Of a DNA stretch of 64,000 nt, positions 43,099-57,721 are shown piece by piece. This stretch comes from Octopus vulgaris. Its lineage: Eukaryota. Under the pieces are notes generated by a model. That model was not told the origin of the DNA, did no database searches, and saw only the letters and a program-made list of their open reading frames with translations. Within the stretch, counting starts at the first letter, position 1, and each line of letters opens with the position of its first letter. The position numbers and the translations under genes were made by a program. The stretch is from positions 59,210,001 to 59,274,000 of the forward strand of contig OX597826.1 in NCBI GenBank assembly GCA_951406725.2. The letters run 5' to 3'.

Positions 43099-45626
43099 CA
43101 GTGTTGCCAATGTAATTATTTTCGCTCTAAAATTTAGTACCTTTTTACAATTTTCTGCTCAAAGAGCCATTGAATTACGCGTTCGGGTAATTTTAGTGCC
43201 CTTTACTAAAATTTACTGCTAAAATTAGTGCTTTTGATGAAAGTGAGAGCAGAATTTAATTTGGAATTTTCTGTCCAAATTTCAGGCAGAAAAATTTTGT
43301 AAACAGAAAAACTGCTTTTCTACTCATTTAAAACAAATTGTTTCTGAAGTTGAAAGTGTAAAAAAATTTGAAGTAAAAAAACAAGACGCCCATTAAATTA
43401 TTGAATGATCTACAGCATTTCATGGATTCGCTCAATTCAATAATCATAGTGGGAGGAAAGAGGCTAAATTAAAATGATTCAGCGCAGAACTGTAAAGATC
43501 CGTTGTCTTAACTTGCTTATTGCTATGAAAAGGAAATCTCAGAATAGAAGTATACTGAGTAAGAAAAAACTAGGATAAGAGGCAGATGCATAAAATTTGC
43601 AGGAGCCGTTTTGGAGCAAACTCTACAGATCTCCCTATAGTGTTGGTTTTATACAATCAATAAGTTATTCTAGTGTAATAGAATATCTCAAACCAATAAA
43701 ACCTGGAATGATAGACCTTGCAAAGCATTCAGTTGAAGATTCAAAGATTCTAACAAAAATTGACTTACAAAGGAGAAAAAAAAAATAAGTGCACGATTGA
43801 CCGATGGACACAAATTGCAAAATTAGTTCTATCTGGGCCGAAATATCATCGTATAGGGATTTGACTGGGAAAAATCCATTTGAAACATTTGTCACAAATT
43901 ATTAAGTTGTCACATATGAAATGTCGTATTTGAAAGATAACAGTAAAATGTTTCATAGGTGTTAGAGGACTGATTTATTTAATCAAAGTATGGTCCATGT
44001 TCATTTATGACCTTTATCCAACGTTTCTCTAAGTTCATCTTTTAAAAAAAAAATCATCGTTTGCTGTGATAATGCTTCAATTACCTCTTCTCTGTTTAAG
44101 AATGTTTTATTACGTATGAATTGCTCAGATTGCTTAAATAAGTGATAATCAATAGGGAAGATATCAGGGGAATAGGGAGGATGTAGTAAAATCTCATAAT
44201 TCATGTTCTGTAGCTTTTGAACTATATCTTGAGAAGTGTGAGTACGTGCATTGTTGTGGAGCAAAATTGGGTCATCTCTGTTCACTAGTCTGGGTTGCTT
44301 ATTTTTCATATTCTCATGCATACAATTAATTATCTGGCAATACGATATTGCTATTACCGTTTTTTCTTTGTTGCAAAAATGAATAATGAATCACTCCCTT
44401 CGCAGACCACCATACAGTTACCACAATTTTTTTTAGGGTACACTGGTGGTTTTGGGTAGTGTTTAGGTAGCTTTCTTGCATCGAATTATTGTCGTGTTCT
44501 GCTGTTGTCAAAGAGTATCCATTCCTCATCACATGTAATGATTCGATGCAACAAATCATCACAAGAAGCGCATTTCGAGGCGCCTTTTCTTCTTTAAGCG
44601 CGTTCAGTTGATTTTGAACAAGCCTATCAATTTTCTTGACTTTTCCAATTTTTTTCAAGTGTCGAGAAACAGTTCTGCGAAATGTTTGGAGACTGATGAA
44701 AGTTTTCGGACCGTTGTTCTCGGATTTTATTCAACCAAGGCATTTAATCCATCATGCCGAGTAACTGATTTTGGCCCCCCCCCCCCCCCCATTTGGTACA
44801 TTTTCGAGGCTATCATCTCCCGAATGAGATCTTTAGAACAATCTCTGAACAGTTCTGATGTGAACAAAACCATTACCAAAGTCCCGTTTGATATTTCGAA
44901 GAACTTTTACGACAGAGTGACCCGGTTTATACTCATTCAAGAAATTCACTCAACATAGTTTGGTTGTTATTATTTTCATAAGGTCTCTGAGTACGAATTT
45001 TCTATACCAATATTGTTTGAAAAGAAAAAGAGTCAAGATTAAATGCCAGGGTATATATAATTGAGATTTTAAATGACTGAAATAACAAGTAATTAAAAAT
45101 GCAACATTTCATGTGTGACAACTTAATAACTTCAACACTTGTCGTTATACCACATGCAAATTTGGATGTGGAGAAAGTATTTAGCGACACGAATTTTATG
45201 AAATCAAATGAGCGTAACTGTTTAAGCATAGAAACACTAAGAGAACTTTTGAACATCGGGTATAGACCTAAACGAAGCGTTAAATGTTGTTATGATTATA
45301 ATCAACGAAGCGAGAACTGTTAAAGAAAATTGGATCCATGGATGCTTATAAATCATGTGAAAATGCAGTTTTCAACACCCCAAAAAAGCAAAAAGAATTG
45401 ATCAGGAAATCTTTGAAAATATTTAGCGCAAAAATAAAAGTAATTCTGCTAATTGCATTTAATTTAATTAAATCTGAAATTTTTAATATAAATCTTTTGT
45501 TATTTACACCCATGTATGCGATTTTTTTGTTACGTTCATCTTTGTTACATTTCACTTTTATTTTCTGCCTTTCAACGCCTTTTAGCTTTCGAAATTGTGC
45601 GTTCTAAGTGTGAATTGGCAACGCTG
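43099..45626 (+). mobile_element. hAT-superfamily DNA transposon, internally deleted, interrupted by a mariner
   Basis: TIRs CAGTGTTGCCAA / TTGGCAACGCTG; 8-bp TSD gtgttaat / gtattaat; hAT dimerisation-domain remnant IWAEISSYRDLTGKNPF..VIPHANLDVEKVFSDTNFMKSNERNCL. Confidence 0.88.
43902..45126 (-). mobile_element. mariner (DD34D) transposon, full length, transposase inactivated
   Basis: TIRs ttaagttgtcacatatgaaatg / catttcatgtgtgacaacttaa; TA on both sides; VTVWWSAKGVIHY and LLHNNARTH..HPPYSPDIFPIDYHLF with 34-residue spacing; 1225 bp. Confidence 0.95.
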
Positions 45627-46284
45627 GTATTAATTACCTTCTGTCTCTGTTCCTTTGTAAATTTCTGTAAAACTACTTTACAGCCCTTTCCTTACATATA
45701 TATATATGTATCTTCCTTCCTTCCTTCCTTTCTTTCGTTTTCTCTTTCGTTCTTTCATTTTTCTTTCTTTCTACCTCTCTTTCTTTGATGGTCTCCATCA
45801 TCCTTCCTCTCCCATACCACTACTATTTCAAGCTCACTCCCACACACGCACACATACACACACACAAACACCAACACATGCACACACACAAGCACACACA
45901 CAAACTCACATAAACGCACACGCACACGCACACGCACACACATATGCGTGAACGCGAATATGCGCAAATATTCACAAATGCGTACTCATCTATTTATCGA
46001 AGCCCGATAGGCAATCTTCTGAAACCAAGTTTTCAGAGTGATTCCTGGCAACACCTGAAGACATTGTTAAATGTAAAAGAATCATGAACCATTTTCCGCC
46101 ACGCTGAATTTGTAGAAACATCACGGCCGTCCACTTTCAATGGCCAATGATGGTCTTCTTGAACTCACCCATATTCTCTGCTAACAAACGCATATATATG
46201 CACGTAAATATACGTATGTTTATGTACCCCCACATATACGTTTATATATGCATATATATGAACATAAATATACATATGCATACG

Positions 46285-46318
<34 letters not shown>

Positions 46319-46355
46319 CATATAATATAGATATATATGTGTGTGTTTGTGTAAA

Positions 46356-46411
<56 letters not shown>

Positions 46412-46531
46412 AATGTATATACGCATGCATACATACACATAGATATATTTACATATGTAGGCGTGTATACACACTCTCATATATACAAGCACACACATAC
46501 ACTTTAATGTATTCATACAAACATTCATACA

Positions 46532-46571
<40 letters not shown>

Positions 46572-46574
<3 letters not shown>

Positions 46575-46709
46575 TAGTACCTCAGTTTTCGAACAACTCT
46601 GATAGTGAATAGATCGTGCTTTATATACATACATATATATAGATATAGATATAGTTATAAAACACGATCTACTCGTGATTTGAGGCGTTCGTAAACCGAG
46701 GAACTACTG
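46572..46709. mobile_element. pogo/Tigger-like MITE
   Basis: TIRs cagtagtacctcagttttcgaac / gttcgtaaaccgaggaactactg, TA flanks, internal sub-terminal inverted repeat; a further right end lies at 46738-46790. Confidence 0.82.
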
Positions 46710-47061
46710 TATTAAATGAATATAAGAAAGCCAGGAGATAAAGCACGATTCATTCGTAATCTGAGTTGTCCGAAAACCGAGGTTCTACTCTCTCTCTCTC
46801 TCTCTCCCTCTCTTTCTCTACACACACATGCTCACATACATGCACACACACATTCATATATGTATACATATAAACACATTCACATGTGAGTTCAGAAGTA
46901 CGAAACAAGTAGAGATAACTGTTTTCGAACAGTGGAGTACCTTTGGTAAAGTACACTGTTTGAAGGTATTGTATTGAAGCCGAGAAACTTCGTAAACGTT
47001 TACTCAGATTATTATGGAAACAGTTGTAAATCTGTTTCATAAGCGGTTAACTCGAACACTT

Positions 47062-47473
47062 GGCGAGCTGGCAGAAACGTTAGCACGCCGGGCGAAATGC
47101 TTAGCGGTATTTCGTCTACCGTTACATTCTGAGTTCAAATTCCGCCGAGGTCGACTTTGCCTTTCATCCTTTCGGGGTCGATAAATTAAGTACCAGTTAC
47201 GCACTGGGGTCGATGAAATCGACTTAATACCTATGTCTATCCTTGTTTGTCCCCTCTATGTTTAGCCCCTTGTGGGTAATAAAGAAATAGGTATTTCTTC
47301 TGCCGTTACGTTCTGAATTCAAATTCCGCCGAGGTCGACTTTGCCTTTCATCCTTTCGGGGTCGATAAATCAAGTACCAGTTACGCACTGGGGTCGATGT
47401 AATCGACTTAATACCTATGTCTGTCCTTGTTTGTCCCCTATATGTTTAGCGCCTTGTAGGTAATACAGAAATA
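47062..47473 (+). mobile_element. SINE family B with internal tandem duplication and 17-bp TSD
   Basis: TSD ggttaact(c/t)gaacactt at 47045-47061 and 47474-47490; ~184-bp body+tail unit present twice. Confidence 0.95.
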
Positions 47474-47823
47474 GGTTAACTTGAACACTTGAATGTAAGT
47501 TTGGGATTTTTTTCAACTTCTATAAAACATTGTTTGTATGTGTCTTAAAAGGGGCAATCGTTTTCGAAACTGTACCTCTCATATTCTGCTTCAGAAGTAC
47601 TGCTAGAATATTGGTGACTATGGAATGCTTGGAATCAGGAATAGATTATTCGGTTGATCAAAATAATTCAGTCCCTATCATCGAACATTGGATATACACT
47701 ACGACGACGACGATAACAACCATCACCACCATCACAACCACCACTACCAACACTGCTAGCATCAGTATCACTGCTAGCATCATCACTACCAACATCAGCA
47801 ATGCCACACGTTATTATTCCTCT

Positions 47824-48169
47824 GGATGGAAGCACTCCGTCGGTTACGACGACGAGGGTTCCGATTGATCCGATCAACGGAACAGCCTGCTCGTGAAATT
47901 AGCGTGTAAGTGGCTGAGCACTCCACAGACGACACAGAGAGTGACAAGGCCGGCCCTTTGAAATACAGGTACAACAGAAACAGGGAGACTGAGTGAGAGA
48001 AAGTTGTGGAGAAAGAGTACAACAGGGATCACCACCATCCCTGCCGGAGCCTCGTGGAGCTTTAGGTGTTTTCGCTCAATAAACACTCACAACGCCCGGT
48101 CTAGGAATCGAAACCGCGATCCTACGACCGCGAGTCCGCTGCCCTCACCACTGGACAATTGCGCCTCCA
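47824..48169 (-). mobile_element. tRNA-derived SINE family C (head 1 + tail Y) with TSD
   Basis: Head matches 11151-11330; tail matches 55610-55790; TSD ttattcctct. Confidence 0.92.
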
Positions 48170-48504
48170 TTATTCCTCTACCTATATTCTAACTATCACT
48201 ACTCCTCTCTACAATCTCTCCTTTGCCCTATGCCAACGCTGAGTGTTTGCCAAATACGCGAAAACACTTAATTCACCTGAGTCATGGTCTATCAACACTT
48301 ATATTAATTATTTTTTTATCAGAATGTTCGAGAATGTGAGCGACGTAGGTTGGAGAAAATGGAAAATGCGTGTTTTACATGCGTGCGTGCGGGCGTGTGT
48401 GTTTGTGTGTGTGGGTGTGTATTTGTTTGTGTGTGTGCGTGCGTATGAGACTGAGAGAGAAAGACATGGAGAGAGAGACAGTGAGAAAGAGAGAGACAGA
48501 GAGA

Positions 48505-48552
<48 letters not shown>

Positions 48553-49034
48553 ATGTTTAAGTGAGTGAGTGCGATTGTTTGTATGTGTAAGCGCACCCGC
48601 GAATGACGGCAAAAAATAGAGCAATAACAGAAACATGTTAAATATTAAAAACCCAGGATATAGCTTTATTAATGGTAATAATTCTTATTAACCCTTTATC
48701 TGTTAGACATGAGTCTAACCACTTCAAGAAAGGACTATACATGATTGAATCAACGGCGGCACTTAACGCACAATACAAACGGACGTGCTGTAAAACCATA
48801 TAATATTGACCCGACGTTCTCCTTGCTTTACATTTTGCTATCTTCATATTTAAACATTGGCACAGAGCCACGCAATGTAGTGGATGCTACAAGCAATTGA
48901 ATCGTCGCCTGAAATTAGTAATTGTATTTATACCTGTATTTCATCTTTCTATATTTCGGTAAAATAATTACCAGTAATAGTTTGGCATCGACATATTGCG
49001 ACACTTCTGAATTTTATTTTCTAATACTAAGAGT

Positions 49035-49600
49035 AAGAAGGCTAGGTGGCAGAATCCTTCGCACACCGGGAAAAATTCTTAGCGGTATTTCTTCGCTGTT
49101 TACGTTCTCAGTTCAGATTCCATCGCGGTCAGCTTTGCTTTTCATCCTTTCAATGTCGAGAAAATAAATACATTCGAACAGTGAGACCGAAGACATCGAC
49201 TTACCCATGTCCCTAAAATTGCTGGCATTGTACCAAAATCTTAACCATTATTAGAAGTAAGGATAAGGCAGTGAGCTGGCAGAATTGTTAGAACGCCAGA
49301 CAAATGATTAGCTGGACTGCGTTCGAATTCCGCTGAGATCAATTTTGCTTTGCATGATTTCGGCCTCAATAAAATATTTAGTAGTTGATCTCTGGGTTTG
49401 ATATAATCGACTAAACCTCATCCCTCAAAATTTCAAGCCTTCTGCCATTAGCAAAAAAGGTTACTAGATATAAGGTTGGTGGACTAGCGTATTATTTAGA
49501 GCTTGGGACACATTGGAATATTCATTCCGTCTCTCAAAATTCTGAGTTTTATTACCACCGAAAAAACGTTTGTGTTTCATCGGTGATTGTTTCAAAATGG
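49035..49600 (+). mobile_element. Three tandem diverged SINE family B copies
   Basis: Repeated ..ggcagaat..cggtatttc..ttgcttt.cat..atcgact..aaaatt..cc blocks. Confidence 0.7.
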
Positions 49601-49762
49601 AAATAATGTATCACTACATAAAGAGAGGCAAAATCCCCTAAACTACAAGAGGAAAATGGAAACCAAATCTTCAATTAAGAAACTGAAGTGTTCTTTAAAA
49701 TTTGATGACAGAGAGCACGAGTAATAAATAGGGAGACTTATATACACGTGCATGTAGTGTAT

Positions 49763-49860
<98 letters not shown>

Positions 49861-50040
49861 GTGTGTGTGTATATATATGTATATATATTTATATATATAT
49901 AATTATATGTATATATATGTATATATATATATATATATACATATATATACATATAATTATATATATAAATATATATACATATATATACATATAATATATA
50001 TATATAAATATATATACATATATATACATATATATACATA

Positions 50041-50082
<42 letters not shown>

Positions 50083-50089
50083 CTACCAT

Positions 50090-50478
50090 CCGTGCAACAT
50101 CTATATTCCTCCCTGTGCCTGCTAAATCTAATAACCCTGCCGTAAGGCTATACTTCCACACACGCCAGCTTAATTTAATTCGTCTTTAGTCGAAATAAAC
50201 CTGTCATGTCCTGTTAATTGCACCTGTATTTGTGCAACTTTTCTCTGTTTTATTTTCCGTCCTTGTTTTAGCATACATTCGCTGCCTTCTTGCAAGGAAT
50301 CTAATGCTCTTAGCTTAGTTTTTCTTTGGGACTGGCCAAATTGAAGCAATCTCGAGTATAACCAGCCAAAATTGCAAAGATAATCTGGAGCCCGACTGAG
50401 GAAAGAAAACTCCGAATGAGCCGTCCTTGTTTTCTTTGTATCGACTGTCTGGATGTTTTGCGTTCTTGTCCCATTTTT
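50090..50478 (+). mobile_element. Unclassified (TA)n-embedded interspersed repeat
   Basis: Homologous motifs to 1350-1818; (TA)n on both sides. Confidence 0.65.
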
Positions 50479-50492
50479 TATATGTATATATA

Positions 50493-50581
<89 letters not shown>

Positions 50582-50821
50582 GGTATTGGTTGAAAGGAGA
50601 CGTTGAGCATTGGCTAAAACAATGCGGAGTGAAAATCTAGTAACAAGTTGATGTAGAAGTTCATCTGAGTGAGGTTAAAGGGTACGACGCAATAATGCCG
50701 TCGAGAGAAAGATTTCTAAACGGCATGCACTCTCTTCTCATGACACCATAAATGTGCTAGTGTTCGGCGAGTGGAGACTTCAACTTGTACCATTTGTATA
50801 TATGGGTATATGGGTAGCCTA

Positions 50822-50867
<46 letters not shown>

Positions 50868-50868
<1 letters not shown>

Positions 50869-51623
50869 CTAGGCTATCCATGACTCGCCGCGTCACCGGG
50901 GAAATCTGAGCTTCCCAGCAACGGAGTTTGGTTTTGTGAGATTTGCTTTTCATTTCAAGGTTGTGTCGCATTCTTTCAATGCGGTTTTTCCCCAGAGAAG
51001 GAAGATTTGGCTGCTATTTCTTGCACGCACTGCTACCATGTAACAGCTGTTACTCAGTAGCATATAGAAATAGCTAAAAATAGCAGGCAAATCTTTAGAC
51101 GTTGAATACACTGGAGAAAAACTATTTCAAACTGAGGTTACGAACGGATTTTTTTAAGAAATATTTACAGTATTTTTAAACTCATTTTTACATTAGAATA
51201 TTTGTTAAATATGCCAAAAATAATTTTTTGTTATGGAACTTACTTGAAAATAATTTAAAACAATATTAAAATATGAACTTTTTAAAGAAAGCCTAAATAT
51301 AAATACTTACTATACAAACAATTTACACTTTTGAAATCCCATTCACTTAAAAACGTTTGTAAATTATTAAAATAGAAACGTTTCCTGGAAACAAATCGAA
51401 TTTTTTCGTTGTCAGTTCACTGTCCAGTATCTTCCCTTTCTCATTACGCACCGTTTTGGGTATTTATACCTCGAAAAACAATTTACCGATTTACGCAAAA
51501 CTTCTTTCATACCGTTCGTATTAATATTTCAGGTAAACTTAATTCATAGTATTTTCCCTTTATGCGCCAGTCGCCAGTTTGGCTGAGCAACGTTGCAAGC
51601 AAGATTCACACTGACGTTTAATG

Positions 51624-51630
<7 letters not shown>
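50868..51630 (-). mobile_element. Probable non-autonomous Helitron-like element
   Basis: Minus strand begins in a TA tract (tatataatacattaaacgtcagtgtg) and ends ccccggtgacgcggcgag..agcCTAG|T, i.e. a degenerate GC-rich hairpin then CTAG. Confidence 0.5.
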
Positions 51631-51685
<55 letters not shown>

Positions 51686-51687
51686 AT

Positions 51688-51965
51688 TTGAGTATAAATC
51701 TCCTATGTAAAATTCTTCTCTGAAGATAGAAGCGGTGTTATCCGACGATGGATCTAAGTAACTATCATTATTCCGAACCATCACACCCCAGAAACAGCTG
51801 TTGGATTCGTAAAACTCTATTCTTTTTACTTCTGGGGTCAGTCATACTCTGTATCTGTAAGTCGGTCTATTTTATATTCATACACATGTACATGTTTTCT
51901 ATTAAATGTATTTAATACTCTGTGTAAGACGTCGTGCCTAATTACTTCTCATTACATTTACTCAT
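51688..51965 (+). mobile_element. Penelope-like 3' module with degenerate hammerhead motif
   Basis: atcCGACGA-TGG..CCA-GAAAC-AGCT-GTT-ggat; palindromic AACAGCTGTT; TA tracts on both sides. Confidence 0.55.
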
Positions 51966-51968
51966 ATA

Positions 51969-52043
<75 letters not shown>

Positions 52044-52204
52044 ATATATCAATTAATGTAAGCAGCCAGGCGCAGTAATAAGCCATATAGGAAAACTTTA
52101 GTCGTCACTAATTATGACTGTGGGTGCCACAAGTACAGTTATTGTTAGAAATAAGAGGTAAAACTCTTATAGCCGCGTTGAAAGAACACATATATACTGG
52201 CAGG

Positions 52205-54160
<1,956 letters not shown>

Positions 54161-54489
54161 ACAGTACTAAACGTGAGTTAGAATTAGTCTGCGCTTGAGA
54201 GGATGCAAGAATAAAATTAAACCAGCACAAATAATAAAATTCTTAGAATCATCCGAAACGAAATTGTACAGAAGCTTGTGTGCGTGTATGAGTACGTACG
54301 CTTATATGTGCTCTAATATGTGTGAACTTGTTTGTGCGTACGTATTTGTTCTTTGTTGTGTGCTTGTGTATATGTGTGTATATATATATGTATTATTTCC
54401 CTACGCATCTGTGTACGTTTATGTTTTTGTGTATGTGTGCGTATGCGTCTGTCTAGCTGTGCATTTGCGTGTGTTTGCGTGCGTATGTA

Positions 54490-54797
54490 AAATAAGAAGG
54501 CAGGAAAATTATTTCGCCAAATATTCTTCTATTTCAAGGGCGACACAAGCCGTAATGAATGTTACGTTAAATCCAGCCATTCTTTAATATTTTCGGATCG
54601 TGTCAAGTGGTATAATTCAATCCAAAATACTTTCCAACGGCACGCCTTTACCAATCTTGGTGCAATGCGCTTGAAATTCTTTCTGCTTTCTCTTGCAGAA
54701 ATAATTTTCCCGTTTTCCACTTTAGCAAGTTTCAAAATGGCCGTAATATCTCGCTTTGCCGAAGCACGCAGTTCTCAGGACATAGCTGCCATTTTGA
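54490..54797. repeat. Degenerate fold-back (MITE-like) inverted repeats
   Basis: ggaaaattatttc / gaaataattttcc and ttcaag / cttgaa are nested symmetrically; a second pair is tttcaaaatggc / gccattttgaaa. Confidence 0.5.
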
Positions 54798-55361
54798 AAA
54801 TCTCTTTATTTCATTTGAGTATACTTTAATTTGTTATATTTTTAGTATATTTTTGCTTCGTGTTGTTCCTATTTTTCCGTTTTAAATAACTCGTTTATAT
54901 TAGTATTAATGTTATTGTTATTCTTGTTGATGTTGTTATTCATCTTGAATTTGTTATAGCTATTATTCTGGCCAATATTATTGCTGTTATTACTGTTGTT
55001 CTAGTATTATTTTATTTTATTGTATTTCATTGTCGCCCTGTTATAATAATGATATCTTCAATATATGTTGTTGTATTCATGGCTTTTGTTGTTTTTGTTA
55101 TTTAGAATTTTGCCTTATTGTTGTGTAGAGCTATAGTTGTTATTGCCGTGTGTAGTTGGACTTGTTCATCGAAGAGAACGTGGACCAAAGCAGAATAATT
55201 TCAATTTATATTTAATACTTGTCTTCTCTTTCCTTGTCCGTTGAAATCCCATCGCATTGCATCCCATTTTTATTATATTTTTATTATGTTCTCAAAATGC
55301 TACAAATATATACAGTTTCTTTTTTCTGAATTCTATGTGCAACAACAACCGCGGCAAAAAA

Positions 55362-55501
55362 ACAAGAAGGAGAAGAAGAAGAAGAAGAAGAAGAAGAAGA
55401 AGAAGAAGAAGAAGAAGAAGAAGAAGAAGAAGAAGAAGGAGGAGGAGGAGGAGAAGAAGAAGAAGAAGAAGAAGAAGAAGAAGAAGAAGAAGAAGAAGAA
55501 G

Positions 55502-55531
<30 letters not shown>
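55362..55531. repeat. (AAG)n/(AGG)n microsatellite
   Basis: Read directly. Confidence 0.97.
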
Positions 55532-55532
<1 letters not shown>

Positions 55533-55603
55533 TCCACAGAACTGTGATTCTCAAGCGATACACACACACATGCATATGCATACAGGCTTATGTGTACCAA
55601 CAT

Positions 55604-55931
55604 TCTTAAAGACTCCGCCGGTTACGACGACGAGGGTCCCAGCTGATACGATCAACGGAACAGCCTGCTCGTGAAATTAACGTGCAAATGGCTGAGCATT
55701 CCACAGACACGTGTACCCTTAACGTAGTTCTCGGGGATAATCAGCGTGACACAGAGAGTGACAAGGCTGACCCTTTGAAATACAAGTACAACTCATTTTT
55801 GCCAGCTGAGTGGACTGGAGCAACGTGAAATAAAGTGTCTTGCTCAAGGACACAACGCGTCGCCGGGAATCGAACTCACAACCTTACGATCATGAGCCGA
55901 ATGCCCTAGCCACTAAGCCACGCGCCCTCAC
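55604..55931 (-). mobile_element. tRNA-derived SINE family C (head 2 + tail Y) with 12-bp TSD
   Basis: A box TGGCTTAGTGG, B box AGTTCGATTCC, gtgtccttgagcaagacactt block; TSD gtgtaccaacat at 55592-55603 and 55932-55943. Confidence 0.93.
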
Positions 55932-56463
55932 GTGTACCAACATAGTGTACCTACATATGTTGTCTGAAAATATTGGAGTCTTGATAGCAACTTTGCTTTA
56001 AGGAAACATTGTCGATTGCATATTTCGATTTTGCAAAATTAACAACCCACATTTGTATAAAAGGAGATCCGTTAAAAACGCTGATGTAGATAAGATAATT
56101 ATTATGAATATAAAATAAATTTGTTGAAACAAAGTTTGGTGATAAAAGATTAAACAACTATAAAATTAATACTTCTAATCATGGTACCAACTTACCAATA
56201 TTATTTAGCGAGACACAAAGGGAGACACTAATGTGGTATTGCCAAATCGACTCCACAATTAAAATAAAAGATATAGATAGGAAAATGAATTGCTAGCGGG
56301 TACAAAAGTCTGGTTACTTAAATGTGTGAAATATTTAGAAATTTAGCGTGACGTGAAATAATTCGTCTTTTTTTTAAATATTTTATTTCTTAAATGGTGG
56401 AACTTGAAGTAGATAATGCTGTAAATAATAGCATGTTAATATTAAGCTTTAATCAGTTTGGAT

Positions 56464-56697
56464 AGGTGCAAAAGTGGGTGTGTGATAAGAAGGCTGCGTC
56501 TGAACCACATGGTTCCGAGTTCAGTGCTTCAGCGTGAAAATTTGGGCAAGTTTTTTCTATTATAGCCTCATGCAGACGAAAGCCTTGTAAGTGGAATTGG
56601 TAGACGGAAACTGAAAGAAGCCCATCGTATATAAATATATATCAATGTGGTACCCTAGCATGGCCGCAGTCAAGTAATTAAAGCAAGTAAAAAATAA
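56464..56697 (+). mobile_element. SINE family A, internally deleted
   Basis: aaccacatggttccgagttcagt..ttgggcaag..ggtagacggaaactgaaagaagccc..agcatggccgcagtcaa. Confidence 0.85.
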
Positions 56698-57690
56698 CAT
56701 AGTAGAAGGTCGCAGGCTCTCATGTCTACAGAAAATGTAGGTTCGAGTACCACGAGTAGTGTCCCTCTTTTTGTATCCAAAGTGTATTTTTTAACTCAGA
56801 ATTATTTATAGCTTTATCTACTTCGAGTTCTACCATACATAAAAAGAAAAACGAAATATTTTCTTTTAATTTCAAATTGAATTCCCTCCGGTAACGTCTT
56901 CGAAACGACTTACCAAAATGAAGATTAAAATAAAATGAAACATGACAATAGTTATCTGTGAATAAAAAGCTATGAATTATCAAATGTAAGAAGAGCTGTT
57001 TAAAACAATAAAGCACTGAAAACTAAACTATTCACGATAAATATACATAGTGAATTACTACTAAGAGATGTAAAATGATGTAATACAATCTATGTTGTAT
57101 AAAAGGGGGAAAAAATGAAACACGATTCCAAAGAACATAAATAACTGCAACAGTATCTACGCTATGGCATCACATATATTTAGTAGCAGAAAACGAAGAA
57201 TAAGAAATAATAATAAAAAAAATAAATCTCTCACCGACAAGTAAGAATATGAAAAGGAAAGAGAAAAAAAAAATGTAATGCCTACAGAAACAAATGAATA
57301 TAGAGATATAGATTGTACGATAGAATGTATGAAAGACAACAATGATGTGATAAAATTCTTACGCATTGAAAAACAAAACACAACACAGAGTTATATATTG
57401 TATATCGTTAAATAACAGAGTCTTTATCAGACAAGGGAATCATACATTATAAATAATTACTCTGCGAATATATGATAACTATATAGATACAACGAGTATA
57501 TACCATCGAATGTGTTGTGTATACAGTGTATGTAGGTATCAAATATCTTTGTAAATTAGTAAAGAAGAGTGTTTAGTCATATGTATATATATATATATCT
57601 ATATGTATGTATGTATGTATGCATGCATATGCGAGTGAATGTATGTGTGTGTAATTGCATAACTATCTATGTCTCTATGTGTACATTTTA

Positions 57691-57720
<30 letters not shown>

Positions 57721-57721
<1 letters not shown>

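Noticed and set aside
54675-54720. Splice-acceptor-like ttctttctgctttctcttgcag
   Set aside because: No convincing downstream exon or donor, and it lies within an inverted-repeat arm
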